Source: Heterodontus francisci (Eukaryota). From it: a DNA stretch of 64,000 nt. The notes under the pieces are model-generated. The model was given only the letters and a program-made list of their open reading frames with translations. It was not told where the DNA came from and ran no database searches. Shown here piece by piece: positions 1 through 13,389 of the stretch (its first letter is position 1; each line of letters begins with the position of its first letter). Location: assembly GCF_036365525.1 (NCBI RefSeq), contig NC_090374.1, positions 58,085,174-58,149,173 on the forward strand, written 5' to 3'. The translations under genes were made by a program, and so were the position numbers.

Positions 1-109
1 TGTGCTAATGTTTTCAATTATAATTTGCAACTGTAATGTGTATCTTTTGGGTATGCATGAATAAAAAGGAAAAAGCTATAAGGTTATGTGAGAGCTTGGT
101 GTCTTACCT

Positions 110-360
110 TTGGAGTTTCTTTGTTTGTTGCCATGTTACATGGGTAGCACATGCAATTTGACCTTGGCTGCCACCTGATGCCAGGCTTACAGCTACGCTA
201 CCTTCTGAGGAGGGTACCCTGGAGTGATAAACAGGGCAACCTTCCTCACACATGCCTTGAACAGCAGCTCGTTCACTTCATCACCCATCAAACAGTGGAT
301 TCTAGAGCTGTGTTGCTCCATCACCAGTTCACACACTCCTGCATTTGTATTTATTGTACC
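110..360 (-). mobile_element. Degenerate Myb/SANT-like (Harbinger ORF2-type) remnant
   Basis: Minus-strand peptide ELLFKACVRKVALF resembles ELEVMLPEVGVRKVALF at 19856-20188. Boundaries approximate. Confidence 0.4.
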
Positions 361-948
361 AGTCTGGGTATTAGCAGACACTTTTTTTTCTCATAAACAG
401 GCTTTGGAAAGACTAAAATATGCCTTGAAGATACATAGCGACTGTATCTCTGTAAATATTCCCATCATCCTATATCAGCAGATGAATTAACAAAATCCAA
501 CCTCCCCATTCCCAATCTGGCGACCTCCCAACAACACTCAAAAGGGCTGATTATTATAATTAAATTGACCCTGGATGTTCCAGGGGAAGAAATTCATTTC
601 CTTTATTGAAAAGAGTTACATCTTATAAACTTGGCTTACATTCAGGCCCATGTCACAGAGCTGATATTCTTCTGGATGAGTGCACACTTGTAGATTATGC
701 CATGTAGGACTAGTAAACTTCATTAGAAGATGCACTATTTGCTAAGTATTGATTTACTGTAATGTTATATTTTAAGCCAACCAGTAAGCCAAGGTGATTA
801 CTTACTAAGTGGTTTATGTGTAACTTATCTAAATATTTTATATTGACAATTGATGGTTATCATTTATACAGTGAGACATATCCTGGAGTCCTGTGGCAAT
901 TGATTTGCTTCAATTATCCAATTCAATACATTCCCTTTTCATTCATAG

Positions 949-1346
949 GTCACTGGAACTGTTTTTTGCAACTAATCAAAGCAACAGATCTGAGCATATG
1001 AATGATGGAAAGTCCCCAAGACTGTGCCGGAAATTCTCTTCACCTCCTCCGCTGTCTTTTTCTCGGACGTCCTCTCCTGTCCGAACTCGGAAACTTTCAC
1101 TCAGTTCCCCTGTGAATTCTAGAATAGGAGTTCTTGACCTTTCTACATCCTCCACTTCCTCCACATCTAGTACTTCTACCTTTGCTTATAGCCCAGCTAC
1201 CTCGCCACCTCCCCTAGCAAGCAAAATACCACTGGATCTGAGCAAAGGTTCCTCATCCCCAGACCAGTGTCCTCTTTCCACAGAGGAAAATTCAGAGCAT
1301 CCCCGCATTGATATATGCAGCAAGTTAAGAAGAAGCATCAGGAGAG
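949..1346 (+). CDS. RASGRF2: RASGRF2 internal exon (Ser/Pro-rich region upstream of the CDC25 domain)
   Basis: Translates as (R)[54 protein letters not shown]...IPLDLSKG...KLRRSIRR, matching recalled mammalian RASGRF2 ([35 protein letters not shown]). Acceptor cccttttcattcatag ends at 948; donor GTACAG at 1347 (phase 1). Confidence 0.95.
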
Positions 1347-1749
1347 GTACAGAAAATACTTTACTTATTTGTTATTATTAGATTTTGTCCCTCTTCCATA
1401 AGAATTGCTTGCCTACTTTTTCTGCTAAGTTTCTCTCTTTATGTTGTATCCATTGAGGCTATCGTCAATATTTATTCTGATTACAGAGTTCATCACTGTT
1501 TTTAATGTTGTTTATAATAAATCAGCAAATGGGTTAAGTTGAATGGTCAGTTTTTTTAAAAATATTTGTTTCCCTATTTATCTCTTCATTTAGCTAATAT
1601 AAACTACCTTGATTAGTGCAGTAGGATGGCTTGCCAGTGGACATCTCTGTGTATAAGGTTCATTCTTAGCAAACCACCAGGAATTGCACTTGAGAAAGGT
1701 TTGCCTCTCTCTTTCATATGGCTCAGCTGAGATGGCCAAACTCATCTAC

Positions 1750-2146
1750 TGAACATAAGAATAAGGAACAGGAGGACACCCTTTGGACTTTCAAGCCTGC
1801 TCCGCCATTCAAGAAGATCATGGCTAATCTTTTACTTCAATTCCACGTTCCCACCCAATCCACATATCCCTTGATTCCCTTAATATCCAAAAATCTATCA
1901 ATCTCAGTCTTGAATATACTCAATGACGGGGCATCCACAGTCCTCTGGGTTAGTGAATTCCAAAGTTTCACAGCACTTTGAGTGAAGAAATTTCTCTCCA
2001 TCTCTTATTCTGGGACTGTGACTCCATGTTCTAGACTCCACAGCCAGAGAAAACATCCTGTCAAGTCCCTTAAGAATGTTATATGTTTCAATGAGATCAC
2101 CCCAGATTCTTCCAAACTCTAGTGAATATAGGCCTAGTCTACTCAA
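1750..2146 (-). mobile_element. CR1 LINE 3' fragment
   Basis: LGLYSLEFGRIWGDLIETYNILKGLDRMF (CR1 ORF2 C-terminus) followed by CR1 3' UTR. Confidence 0.85.
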
Positions 2147-3403
2147 TAAAGATTGAGTCTACTCAATAAGTCTAGTCTACTCAACAAACATTATCCCAAG
2201 ACTACCTGACTAAATTTAATGGATGTAGCTGACAGGCAGGCCCGGAAGGTAATGCATGGACTTTAGAGACACGGCGGTGCAGCAATATGTAGCTGTGCAC
2301 AACCATACAGCCTGTTGCTCTCCATGCTCAGGAAGGTGATGATAATCAAGGCTAAGGCAGTTATGATGTATCACTTTGAGAAAAAAATGCTGAACTCCAG
2401 TGAGAACTATCAGTTCATGACCTAACCAATAACTGAGAAACCCCAGTAGGAATATGATAGGCAAATTGGACGGTCAAACAGACACTTTTTTTAATGCAAC
2501 AATTAATTGGCAGATTTGTGTTAATATTGCTCAGCAAATGTTCAGTGTAGTTTTACAATGTTCATTTTAGTGAATTTTAATTAACTTCATTTTAGCACTG
2601 TTTCATCTTTATTATTTGCATTGTATGTTTGCCATTGACTGTCATTAACTGAACGTTGGAGGTAGTTGAAAGCTAGTCATCAGTCAATGAGTAATTAATC
2701 GTAAAGTTAAAAGAATATATGAGATGCCCCCTATAAGAGATTAATGCTTTAACTCTTTCACAGCCCACTTATGATAGAGGTTTCCAGTTTATTGTTCTTT
2801 CAACACTCTCTCCAATTTTTCCAAAATCAGAGGTACAACTCTTTTGTTCCAGGAGTGGAACCTGGCAAAAATAAGCTAAGTCTGGAAAAAAAGTTAAATA
2901 ACGATGTTTTATGAACAATTACTTCCACTTTGGATAAAAAAAAGTAAAAGAAATCATTCAGAGACGTTCTCACCAATTTGCCTTGACAGCCATTTATTGT
3001 ACTTATTAATTGGGCTCCACATCTGGGATTTATGTCATTGCCTAAAAGATTGAAGTTTTTTTTTTGTTTGTGTTGATATTTTAAAAAGACTCTGGACCTC
3101 ATCATTACCTGACTTTGTTACTCTTGATATTATGCAATTCAGAAGGTATTACAACTCTCTATGATGTAAGCAAATTGAACATTACTCTGTAATTGATGGA
3201 ATGGTGTTCTGGATTTGCTCTTTGTTCATGTTTTCAAATTGACCCATGACCTTGCCTCACCCTACTTTATCACTCCCTGGCCTTGCCCCACCTACTACTC
3301 CAAACTCAGCCCTACACTCCAGCATACATCCTCCATTCTTCCAACTCTGGTCTTCTTGGTGTCTTCCCCTCAACCTGCTGCACAGTGTATTTAAAAGGAA
3401 AGA

Positions 3404-5797
3404 AAAACTTGCATTTATATAGTGCCTTTCACAACTTCAGGATATCCCAAAGTTCCCCTGGTACAGCCCTTATCTTCATTCCCTTAAGTCCAAGGGACAC
3501 GGACGTGAAGGTTTAACTTGTTCAGCCATTGATCGCCAGATCTGGTGGGGCCACATAAAGCACTGTTGGGGCCTGCTCTCCTCTGCAAAACTGCTCATAT
3601 TCTAGAATCATCCTGCAATACAAATATAGCCCTGGCTTCTCTTTACTACAAACCATCTTCTTAAACCCATCATCCCTGTCTCCTCCACCCTTACCTCAAA
3701 CAACAAGTGCAAGGAGCTTATGGACCTCTTTGTCACTAAGATTGAGACCATCTGTTCAGTTTCCTGTACCACTTCCCTCCCTTCCCCTAACTCACCAGGC
3801 CAAACTTCCCCTAAAGCTTCCTACTACTCCAGCCCTGAACTCCCATTGTTCTCTACCTACCCGCAAGTCTTCTTTAAGCTCATCTCTTCCATGAGACCCA
3901 CCTCTTGCTGCCTTGACCCTATTTCCACCAAACTGCTGACAACCCAACTTCTCCTCCTGGCCTCCCATGTTAGCTGATATTTTTAGCAGTTCCTTCTTCT
4001 CAAGTGCTGTCACTTTCTCCTTCAAATCTGTTGTCATCACTCCTCTCCTCAAAAAACTCACCCTTGACCCCTGTGTCTTTGCAAACTACCATCCCAACTC
4101 CACCCTCCCTTTCCTTGAACATGTTTTTGCCTCCCAAATCTGTGGCCATCTTTCCTGCAACTCCATGTTTGAATCTCTCCAATCAGGTTTCCATCCCTGC
4201 CATAATACTGTATAAAACCACTACAGAAAAGCAACACTGATGTCCCATGAAAGAATAAAAAAATGAAATGGCCCTTATAGAAAGTTACAAATGATATCCT
4301 ATGTGACTGTGACCATGGTAAACTATCCCTCTTCATCCTGTCTGATCCATTTGACCACACCATCCTCCTCCAGTGCCTCTCCTCATCCAGCTAGGTGGGA
4401 CAGCACTCTCCTGATTCCATCTTATCGATCTCGTCATAACCAAAGAATCACCTGCAATGGTTTCTCTTTCAGTTCCCGCACCGTTACCTCTGGCATCCCC
4501 ACAAATCTATCCTTGGTCTCCTCCTATTTCTCATCTACATGTTGCTCCTCAGCGACACCCAGTTCTACCTCACCACCACTTCCTTTGTTCTTTCCACTGT
4601 TTCTGATTTGCCATACTGCTTGTCTAACATTTAGTGCTGGATGAGGAGAAATTTCCTCCAACAAAGTACTGGGACAAAAATATATTTTAAATGTTCAGAA
4701 GACTAAAACCATTGTCTTTGGTCTTTGCCACAGACTGCATCCCCTTCCCCGACAACAGTTTGAGGTTGAACCAGATCATTTGCAACCTTGGTGCCATATC
4801 TGACTCCAAGATGAGGTTCAGTCCATATATCCACGCCATCACCAAGACTGCCTATTTTCACCTCCATAACATTGACTGACTCTGTCCCACCTCAGCTCAT
4901 CTGTTGCTGAAATCCTCATCCATGCCCTCATTACCTCTAGACTTGACTATTTTTAATGCTGTCCTGGCCCTCCCCTCATGTTCCACCCTATATAAACTTA
5001 AGCTCATTCAAAACTGTGCTGTCTTAACAGGCACCAAGTCCCGTTCACCCATCACCCCATGCTTGATGACCTACATTGACTCCCAGTCCAGCAATGCCTC
5101 AATTTTAAAATTCTCATCTTGTTTTCAAATCCCTCCATGGCCTCACCGCTCCCTATCTCTAATCTCCACCAGCCCTACAACCCTCCTGAGTTCTTGGCAT
5201 TCATCCAATTCTGGTCTCTTGCACACCTTGCTTTTCATTGTTCCATTATTGGTAACTGTGCCATCAGCTACCTCGGCCCTGAACTCTATCCTCTGTTAAG
5301 AGACTCCTTAAAGCCTACTTCTTTGACCAAGCTTTTGGTCATCTGTCCTAATATTACCTTATATATTATGACATCAGATTTTGTTTGATAATCCTCCTGT
5401 GAAGCACCTTGGAATGTTTTACTATGTTAAAGGCGCTTTGTTAGTACAAGTTGTTGTTTTAGCCAATAAAATACTTTTGGAGTGCAGTTACTCATGTACT
5501 CCAGGAAATGCAGCAGCAAGGCCCCACAAACAGCCATGTGATGATAACTAGATAATTTGCTTTAGTGATGTGTTGAAGGATAAATATTGGCCAAAACATG
5601 ACAAGAACTCCCCTCCTCTTCTGAATAGTGCCATGGGATTTTTTATATCCATTTGAAAGTCAGCACCTCCCACCATGCAGCATTCCCTCAGTACTGCACT
5701 GGAGTATCTGCCTAGATTATGTATTCAAGTTTCTGGGATTTGAACCTACAACCTTCTGATTTAGAGGCAAGAGTGCGACCAGTGAGCCAATGGCTGA
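3404..5797 (-). mobile_element. DeuSINE/SacSINE1-like SINE split by an L2 insertion (SINE parts about 3404-3452 and 5460-5797)
   Basis: tRNA-like head at the right end (reverse complement tggctcactgg...ggttcaaatccc), central gtgccatgggat...cagcattccctcagtactgcactgg block, and tail aacttgcatttatatagtgcctttcac at about 3406. Confidence 0.7.
3453..5459 (+). mobile_element. L2 LINE, 5'-truncated and decayed
   Basis: PTSCCLDPISTKLL, NYHPNSTLPFL, FESLQSGF and ITKTAYFHLHNI motifs; L2 3' tail ending gttgttgtt. Confidence 0.85.
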
Positions 5798-6239
5798 TAT
5801 CTTTAGTCAGCCACTATAGTCTGGAACCCTGTCCTTAAATCCCTGCAACTCACCATCGCACTCCCCATTTTCAAAAGACTACTCAAGACCTACCTTTTGA
5901 ACTGTACCTTTGGTTACCACTTGTAATTTTCCCCCCACTTCCTTCTTGGTGTACTCCAATGTTTTTTATATGTAAAGTCCTACTAAGTGTAAGAGTTGAT
6001 GTTGCTATGTTTAACCTTATACTGAGATTTGTGGTGATTCCCAACTATCCAGGATACCAAAATATTTTTAAACAATGGCATTTAGGCTAACGGTTGGCAT
6101 TTTACATTGTTTCATTCTGTCAGAGTGTAGGGGAAATGTTTACCTGTAGGGTTTCTTGTCTAATTCTGGGAGAGGACAGAGCAGACATGAGGTGCTGGAG
6201 AGAGGAAAAACTGGATGGTACACAATGATCCCTCTAAAT

Positions 6240-7972
6240 TTTCTTTGTTGTCTTTCAATAGTTTCTCTCCTATCTGCCCTCATGCCCTTTCTGAGCTCTT
6301 GTCCATGAGACCCACTTCATGTTCCCTCGATCTTATTCCCACTAAACTGCTGATCACCCAACTTCTCCTCCTGGTCCTCGTGTTAGCCAATATTATTAAC
6401 AGTTCTCCCTCTTCAGGTGTTATCCCCTTCTTTGTTAAATCTCCCGTCATCACCCCTCTCAAGAAACCAACCCTTGACCTCACCGTCCTTGCAAACTACC
6501 GTGCCATCTCCAACCTCCCTTTCCTCTCCAAAATCCTTGAATGTGTTGTTGCCTCCCAAATCCATTCCCATCTTTCCCAGCACTCCATGCTGGAATCCCT
6601 CCAATCAGGTTTCCTCCCCTCCCACAGTACCAGAACAGCTGTTATCAAAGTCATAAATGACATCCTATGTGACTGTGACAAAGATAAACTTTCCCTCCTT
6701 GTCCTTCTCGTGGACATGGCTGACCAGACTATCATCCTCCAACATCTCTTTGCTGTATTCCAGCTGGGTGGGACTGCTCTTCCATTCTTATCTATCTAAT
6801 TGTAGCTAGAGTATCTCTTGCAATGGCCTCTCTTCCTGCTCCTGCAGCATTGCCACTGGTGTCCCCCAAGCATTTATCCTTGGCCCCCTCCTATTTCTCA
6901 TCTACATGCTGTCACTCGGTCGCATCATCCAAAAACACAACATTAGTTTTCACATGTACGCTGACGATACCCAGCTCTACCTCACCACCACCTCTCTCGA
7001 TAATTCTATTGTTGCTAAATTATCAGACTGCTTATCCAACATCTAGTATTAGATGAGCAGAAATTTCCTTTGGTTAAATATTGGGAAGACTGAAGCAATT
7101 GTTTTCAGTCCCCATTCTAAACTCCATTCCCACGTTTTAAAAAAAATTTTCATGGGATATGAGTGTCGCTGGCAAGTCCAGCATTTGTTACTGACTCCAT
7201 CCCTCTCCTGGAGAACAGCTTGAGACTAAGGAAGTCTGTTCACAAATTTAGCACCACATTTGACCCTGAGTTGAGCTTCCGACCTCATACTCGTGGCATC
7301 ACTAAGACCACCTATTTCCACCTCCGTAACATCACCCCACTTCACTGCTGTCTCAGCTCATCTGTTGCTGAAACCCTAATTTATGCCTTTGTTACCTCTG
7401 GATTTGTCTATTCCAATGCAGTCCTGGATAGTCTCCCACGTTCTACCCTATGTAAACTCGAGGTCATCCAAAACTCTGCTGCCCGTGTCGTTAAAGCGCA
7501 CCAATTCCCTTTCACTTATCAGCCCTGTGCTCGCTGATCTACATTGGTTCTCAGTCATCAACATCTTGATTTTAAAATTCTCCTCCTGGTTTTCAAATCC
7601 CTCCATTGCCTCTCTGTTCCCTATCTCTGTAATCTCCTCCACCACAACAACCTTCCGAGATATCTATGCTCTTCTAATTCTGGCCTGTTCTGCATCCCCG
7701 ATTTTAATAGCTCCATCATTGGTGGCCGCACCTTCTGTTGCCTAGGCCCTAAACTCTGGAATTTCCTCCCTACATTTCTCCGCCTCTCTACCTCTCTTTC
7801 CTCCTTTAAAATGCTCCTTAAAACCTATATCTTTGACCAAGCTTTTGGCATCAGACCAAATATCTCCTTATGTGGCTCAATGTCATATTTTGTTTCATAA
7901 TGCTCCTGTGAAGTGCCTTGGAATGTTTTATTATTTCAAAGGCACTATATAAATATAAGTTATTGTTGTTGT
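6240..7972 (+). mobile_element. L2 LINE, 5'-truncated
   Basis: NYRAISNLPFLSKILECVV, SLQSGF and YADDTQLY (about 6957) motifs; tail ending (ttg)n. Contains a roughly 50-bp inserted LINE tail at about 7134-7189 that matches 32575-32620. Confidence 0.9.
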
Positions 7973-8826
7973 GCAAGGCCTGGTTATTTCAATGTGCGGT
8001 ACATTAAAATTTTGTATCTAAAGGGGCCAGCTTGTGAGCCGCTTGTGGTACCTTCAAAGTTGCTGTGCGGCCACGCACGCAGCTTAGAGGCATCTTTGAT
8101 GGTAATATCTGCTCCCACAACACCCCTCCTCAGCCCCCTGTTTATTCCTGTAGTGGAGCATGTTAGCGAGACAAGTGTTGACCTATAACAACAATAAGAT
8201 CTGGTTTACATTCATTACTTTTCCAAAGATGCAGCTTTTCAATCAACATTATTTCATAGCCTATTCATATGTTTTCAACGGGAAGTATTTTTAAGTGCCC
8301 AAAGGATCTGAAACTGCAGGAATTACAATTAATTAATGGAGTAAAATGTTTTGTTTTATAGTGAAATATGTAATGAATATCAAATATTGTTTTTATAACA
8401 AACCTTGCAATGCTCCTCTATCTGACATGATGGAATAATCCTTTGTGCTTACGTCATAGCAGGGTTGTAAAGCCTTTTCTTTGCATTTTCCATGCAGCTG
8501 AAGCTTTTTCTTTTTACATACACACTTAAACATTTATCACAAAAATCCTAAAGTTCTTGAAAAAAATGTTCACATTGTTCCTTTAAGAAAAAATTAACAC
8601 TTCACGCTTGACATACTCAGGACTACGACAGAAATATTGTATTAGAAACGTTGCCCTCAGCCAGCAACTGCTCAGACTTGATGGTAAGCTGTGTCTACAA
8701 TCTTTAGATAAGGCATTTAAAGTAGTTGAATTATACATAGGATGGAGCTAAAGGCTGGAGCCTAGTGATGCGAGTCAGGTGCGTCTGTAGACTAACAAAG
8801 CTTTAATTTTCTAGTTTATGACATTA

Positions 8827-9172
8827 GGGGTGAATTTCTTCAGCGCCTTTCCTGTTCAGCTGCAGTAACTACAGGGATAGTTCAGTCAAAACCCTATTTA
8901 CAGCAGCAGAGCAGAAGAAGACCCAAAGAAATTCATTCCCATTGTTTCAGTCCCTTGATTGGACTGGTGCCTTATAATCTGTGCAGGGGAGTGAATATTC
9001 CCAATAGTCATTGAAAAGGTAACCCGGAATACTGCAGGTCCTGCTGCAAAAAATTAATAGCAGCACGTCCTCGGGGGAACATCCAATATTTTCCATAAAA
9101 TCATTTTTAATCAGTAACAGAAACAAAACACCCCAATAGCAGGATGAAGAATTATGATGGAAATTCACTCCC
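8827..9172. mobile_element. Two adjacent short palindromic MITE-like elements (about 8827-8940 and 8987-9172)
   Basis: Inverted termini ggggtgaatttctt...aagaaattcattccc and gggagtgaatattcc...ggaaattcactccc. Confidence 0.45.
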
Positions 9173-10499
9173 TGAAATGTATTATAAAGCAGGCAGTACT
9201 CTAGCTTTAGGGTTCAGATGACAAGCATAAACTGCTCAAGCTCTGCTGTCTTGCTTTAGGTCCTCATTTGAACTCCTCATTGTGATTATAGCCTTGCAAT
9301 TCACCGAGGGGTGCTGATTAACCGCGCTTTGCACTTGTTTGTTATTCTGTTCTCAAATGCATTGTAAAGAAATAGTATGAATTTTCTGGCTACCAATTAC
9401 ACCATTTGGGATCATCCTCACTGGTAGGTCAGATCCCAGGAAAATGCCAGATGGTGTTTTTATTGTAGCTGCTCATATTGGATGTGAGCGATGACCAGTA
9501 ATATCACAGCAGTAGTGGATAGTGCATAGAAAATAACAATTTCTTAGAGACCCTGGTGACATTTTTTGAGCCATATCTCAATTTCATCAAAATTATGTTG
9601 CACTGCAAATGGAGAGAACATATGCACAAACACTGCGAACGGAGCATTGCATTTACTGAGTGTCATTTTTGAATTGCAAGGGGTTGCTTTTTACATTTAT
9701 TTTTAATAGCTTGCTAATTTAATCACAGATTTTGTATGATGCAGTTTGATGTTTGACTAACTAGAGATTGTATTTGACTGTATACATAAAATAGGAAGTT
9801 ATCAAGATTCATAATTCTCTCATTCTTCTTCTTTCAAAATTGTCAACTGTGTCTCAGATCAGGAAACTACCATCCAATCGCTTATACCTGATGCATTAAC
9901 CCAATTTATCTTGTTCCCAAGTGGTTTCCACAGCTACCAGCTTCTTTTCCTTGCTTTTTCAATTGTCTGATAACTTCTTACCTCTGCTCACCTCTTCATT
10001 CCCTGCAGTTCCGTTGATGGCTGACCTCAGTATTTCTTCATTGCCTATCTGTACTCATGCAATGTGTGGGGTTCAGCTTCTTCCTCATCTCTAGATGCAC
10101 TTGCAATGATGATTCATAACACTGTCCTGGTACTTGCTATGTTTGGTTAGTACCCCAATAGCTTGGTGGTTAGGAGTCTCCTCCCTGACATTCATCTATT
10201 ACCTTTACCCACTTTCCATCAACTTCACTCAGCTATCTATCACCCGACTATTGGCTGTCTGACAATAGGTCACAGTTAAGCACCTCCTTAGCTCTGGCTC
10301 CCTGTATTTATTGATTGCTTCCTGTGTGTTTGCTTGTCACAGGATTGTTCATATTAGGGACATCTTACTACTTTAAAGGCACTATGTAAATGCAAATTGT
10401 TGCTGTTGTTCTCCTGGCATATGGCTTGTAGTCGCTACTCTCCACATTCTTATCAACTTTAGACAAGGAAAGGCTTTCCTCGTGGACAAACCACTGTAT

Positions 10500-11250
10500 G
10501 CCATCATACTGGTGGAAGAGTTGGAATAGCAATGTGTCCAGGAAAATCAGACAGCTTAGCTGCACACAGCAGCCTGCCAGGTATGACCCTCCCCAAAGCA
10601 TGCACAGGCCACACCTGTCCTACGAGGGCCCCTCTGTGCATCCGATGACTGTGCCTCTCCAAGGATGCCATTGGGCATCTCTCCCTACTTCTTGATGAAT
10701 ATTTGCAGACTCCCTGCACTGTCACAACTGCTCTGTCTGTGGCAATTACAGTGACACCAATCCTTAATATTTACAGCTCTGCATCCTTCTACACCATCTC
10801 AAGGTATCTGTGTAACATTAAGAGGGGAGCTATCAAGGTGTGCATCTGCCTGGTGACAGACACCCTCTTTCACAGAGCTGCCAAATTCGTCCATGTCATC
10901 ATCACCCCAGCAGACATCTTCCTCCACTCCAAAGCAGGATAATTGGATTCCCCAAGGTGCAAGGAGCCATGATGATATGCACAACACTTGGAAGATGCCA
11001 ACCAAGCAGCCACTAATGCTCATCTGTGATCCAAACCAGGCCATGTCTTCAGTTACTGCTGCGTCAGAAGGCATTTTCTGCAGGACGTATTTATCAACTA
11101 ATTGACTACAGTGGCAGCACCTCAGTCGTCCCTTCTTCTACATAGGCCACTAGATGATACCAAAGCTTATCTCTTTGTCCCAAAAGGATCTTGCCAGGAA
11201 TCCTCACATGTATAATGAAGCCCAAACCTACTCCATGGTCTATTTACTGT
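10500..11250 (+). mobile_element. Highly decayed Harbinger (HARBI1-like) transposase remnant
   Basis: CICLVTDTLFHRAAKFV and ggattccccaaggtgcaagg (GFPKVQG), homologous to the transposase at 59600-59760. Confidence 0.6.
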
Positions 11251-12053
11251 AATTCCTGATTTACTGTAATAGTCATAAATAAGACAGAAGTACTCAGTTT
11301 ATTTCAAAGCAAACATTTATTTTATTACAAGTAATGGGCTGGAAGGAAGTGTGAATAGAGTGATGAGGCTTGGGTTAAGGCGTGTACTGGGAGCAATGAA
11401 GTGACAGGTGTGGGCTTTTGAGCAGGTTAGAGTGGAGGAAGATGTTTTGGCTTTGTGAAAGGCAGTTGGTATGTGTTAGAGGAGTTGCAGGCACTCTCAG
11501 CCAGTGTGTAATGTGAAGAATTAGTCGTTTGAATGTTGCTTCAAGTGAGTGAAAGGTGATGTCCAGGGTGGGAAGTGGAGAAGGTGAGTGTGCTGACATG
11601 CTACCCTTGCCTGTCCGTGTAAGGTGTTTTTACATTTTACTGCACTGTCGGAAAAACCTGGGTATGAGGAGTTGGGAGCCTGTGCCAGTGTCAGCTTCCT
11701 GCAGGCACCATGACTAATGTTGGTGTCCAGCTTGTTGAAGGGAAGACCCAGGAGTGTGAGGCTCTTCTCTTGTACATCTTGAAGGAGGACTTAAGATCTT
11801 CAGAGAGACTGGTTGCATTTCTTGTACTTGAGGCGGTGCCTGGTGTGTACCTAAGTGGTCATGATGGTGCCAATCTGGACTGTTGCTGTCGGTGACAGAT
11901 GCCATCAAGTGACTTGATGGGAATTGCCAGCAAAACCACTTGTTTGTTGCTTACCTTGCTGTTGGACAGTGTTCTGCTGCTCCTGGACTTCTGTGCTTTT
12001 TAAAGAGTTAGGCCATTATTGCATTGAGGTTTCCTGGCAGAGGAGGGAGGAAT

Positions 12054-12722
12054 TGTTGTGTTTTCTTAACCTCTGTTAGTGACTATGACACCCAAAGGAT
12101 TGACCACTCAAGATGGGATCAGTAACACAATAAAGTGGATTCTTTATTTAAGGATGGTTCTGCATGCAAACACAGGTCTTCACTGTACAGGTACTTTCTT
12201 CAGAGTGCCCTCACACCAGAAATCATATGTGTGTTACATGCCAGCGCTTATACTGATTGCATTATTACATGACCGCATCTCTTAAAGATGTACCACAACA
12301 TTCCCCTTTTTTCAAAAACTGTTATCCTGTTTCTAGATCAGGACATTTGATTAAACCACCTTTACTTTATCATGACTGCTGAGTATACATGTCTCTGTTA
12401 CTGTTTTGTACCATGTATGTTTATCTCCTATTCCTGTTGTTGAATTGTATATAGTTAACTTTTACCTATTTGAGGGGGATATGTTTTTATTTGGAAAAAG
12501 GGCGATCTGTGGTACACCTTTAATGGGCGTGGTCATGTTATAATGCACAGAGCTGTGATGTAATACACGACTTCTGGTGTGAGGGCAGGCTGAAGAAATC
12601 ATACCGGTGTTCGCATGCAGAACCATCCTTAAAGAACCCACATCATTGTGTTACTGATCCCATCTTGAGTGGTCAGTGCCTTGTGTGTAGTAGTCACTAA
12701 CAGAGGTTAAGAAAACACAACA
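12054..12722. mobile_element. Non-coding element made of two inverted LTR-like arms, with a 5-bp TSD
   Basis: TG...CA ends; GGAAT at 12049-53 and 12723-27; arms 12054-12300 (-) and 12506-12722 (+), each abutting a purine tract on its inner side. Confidence 0.8.
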
Positions 12723-13389
12723 GGAATGTCAGTAAATTACTTTGGGTGATAGTGTAAAACAGATGGTTTCGGATTAATTGCTCAGTATACATCTCTCCCA
12801 ATTTTCATTTCTAAAATCGCCCAAAGCCAAAATGCTCTCACCGTGTCTGCACTGAGGTTACATCAGAGCTTCACCAAAAATAATTAAACTAACTTACCCC
12901 AGGAAACTTGTGTGTAACTCCCTCTACTGGTGAGAGGTATAACTTTCCGATGTAACAATGGCATAACTATCATTGAGGAAATTCAGGACCTGTGAATTAT
13001 AAATCTTGCATGCAACGCTATAACGTATGTATAAAAATTCTGCCATAAACATTTTTACGGATCTCTAAAGTTGTTTTTTGCAATGAAAACACTGAAGAAA
13101 TATAGATATATATACATCAATGTCCTAAAACAAAAGAATATGAAAAAATATGTTGTCATAAGCTGTTGATAGTCCCCACATCCCTCTTTCTAAGTTGCAT
13201 TTAGAGACATTTTACTATGTTCCCCAACTGCCAAATGAATTCAAATCTCTGCAATGGCTTAACTAATGTCATTAGGGTCAAAGGCAAAGTATTAGAATGC
13301 TGTACCATTTAGTGTCTTACAATTTGCATTAACTGTACCTACAAACCGTTCGAATTAAGAATTTCCTTTGTATGATTTAAATAATGCAG

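Noticed and set aside
2136-2185. Triplicated agtctactcaa with a short palindrome
   Set aside because: It sits at the 5' truncation junction of a CR1, consistent with repair or slippage.
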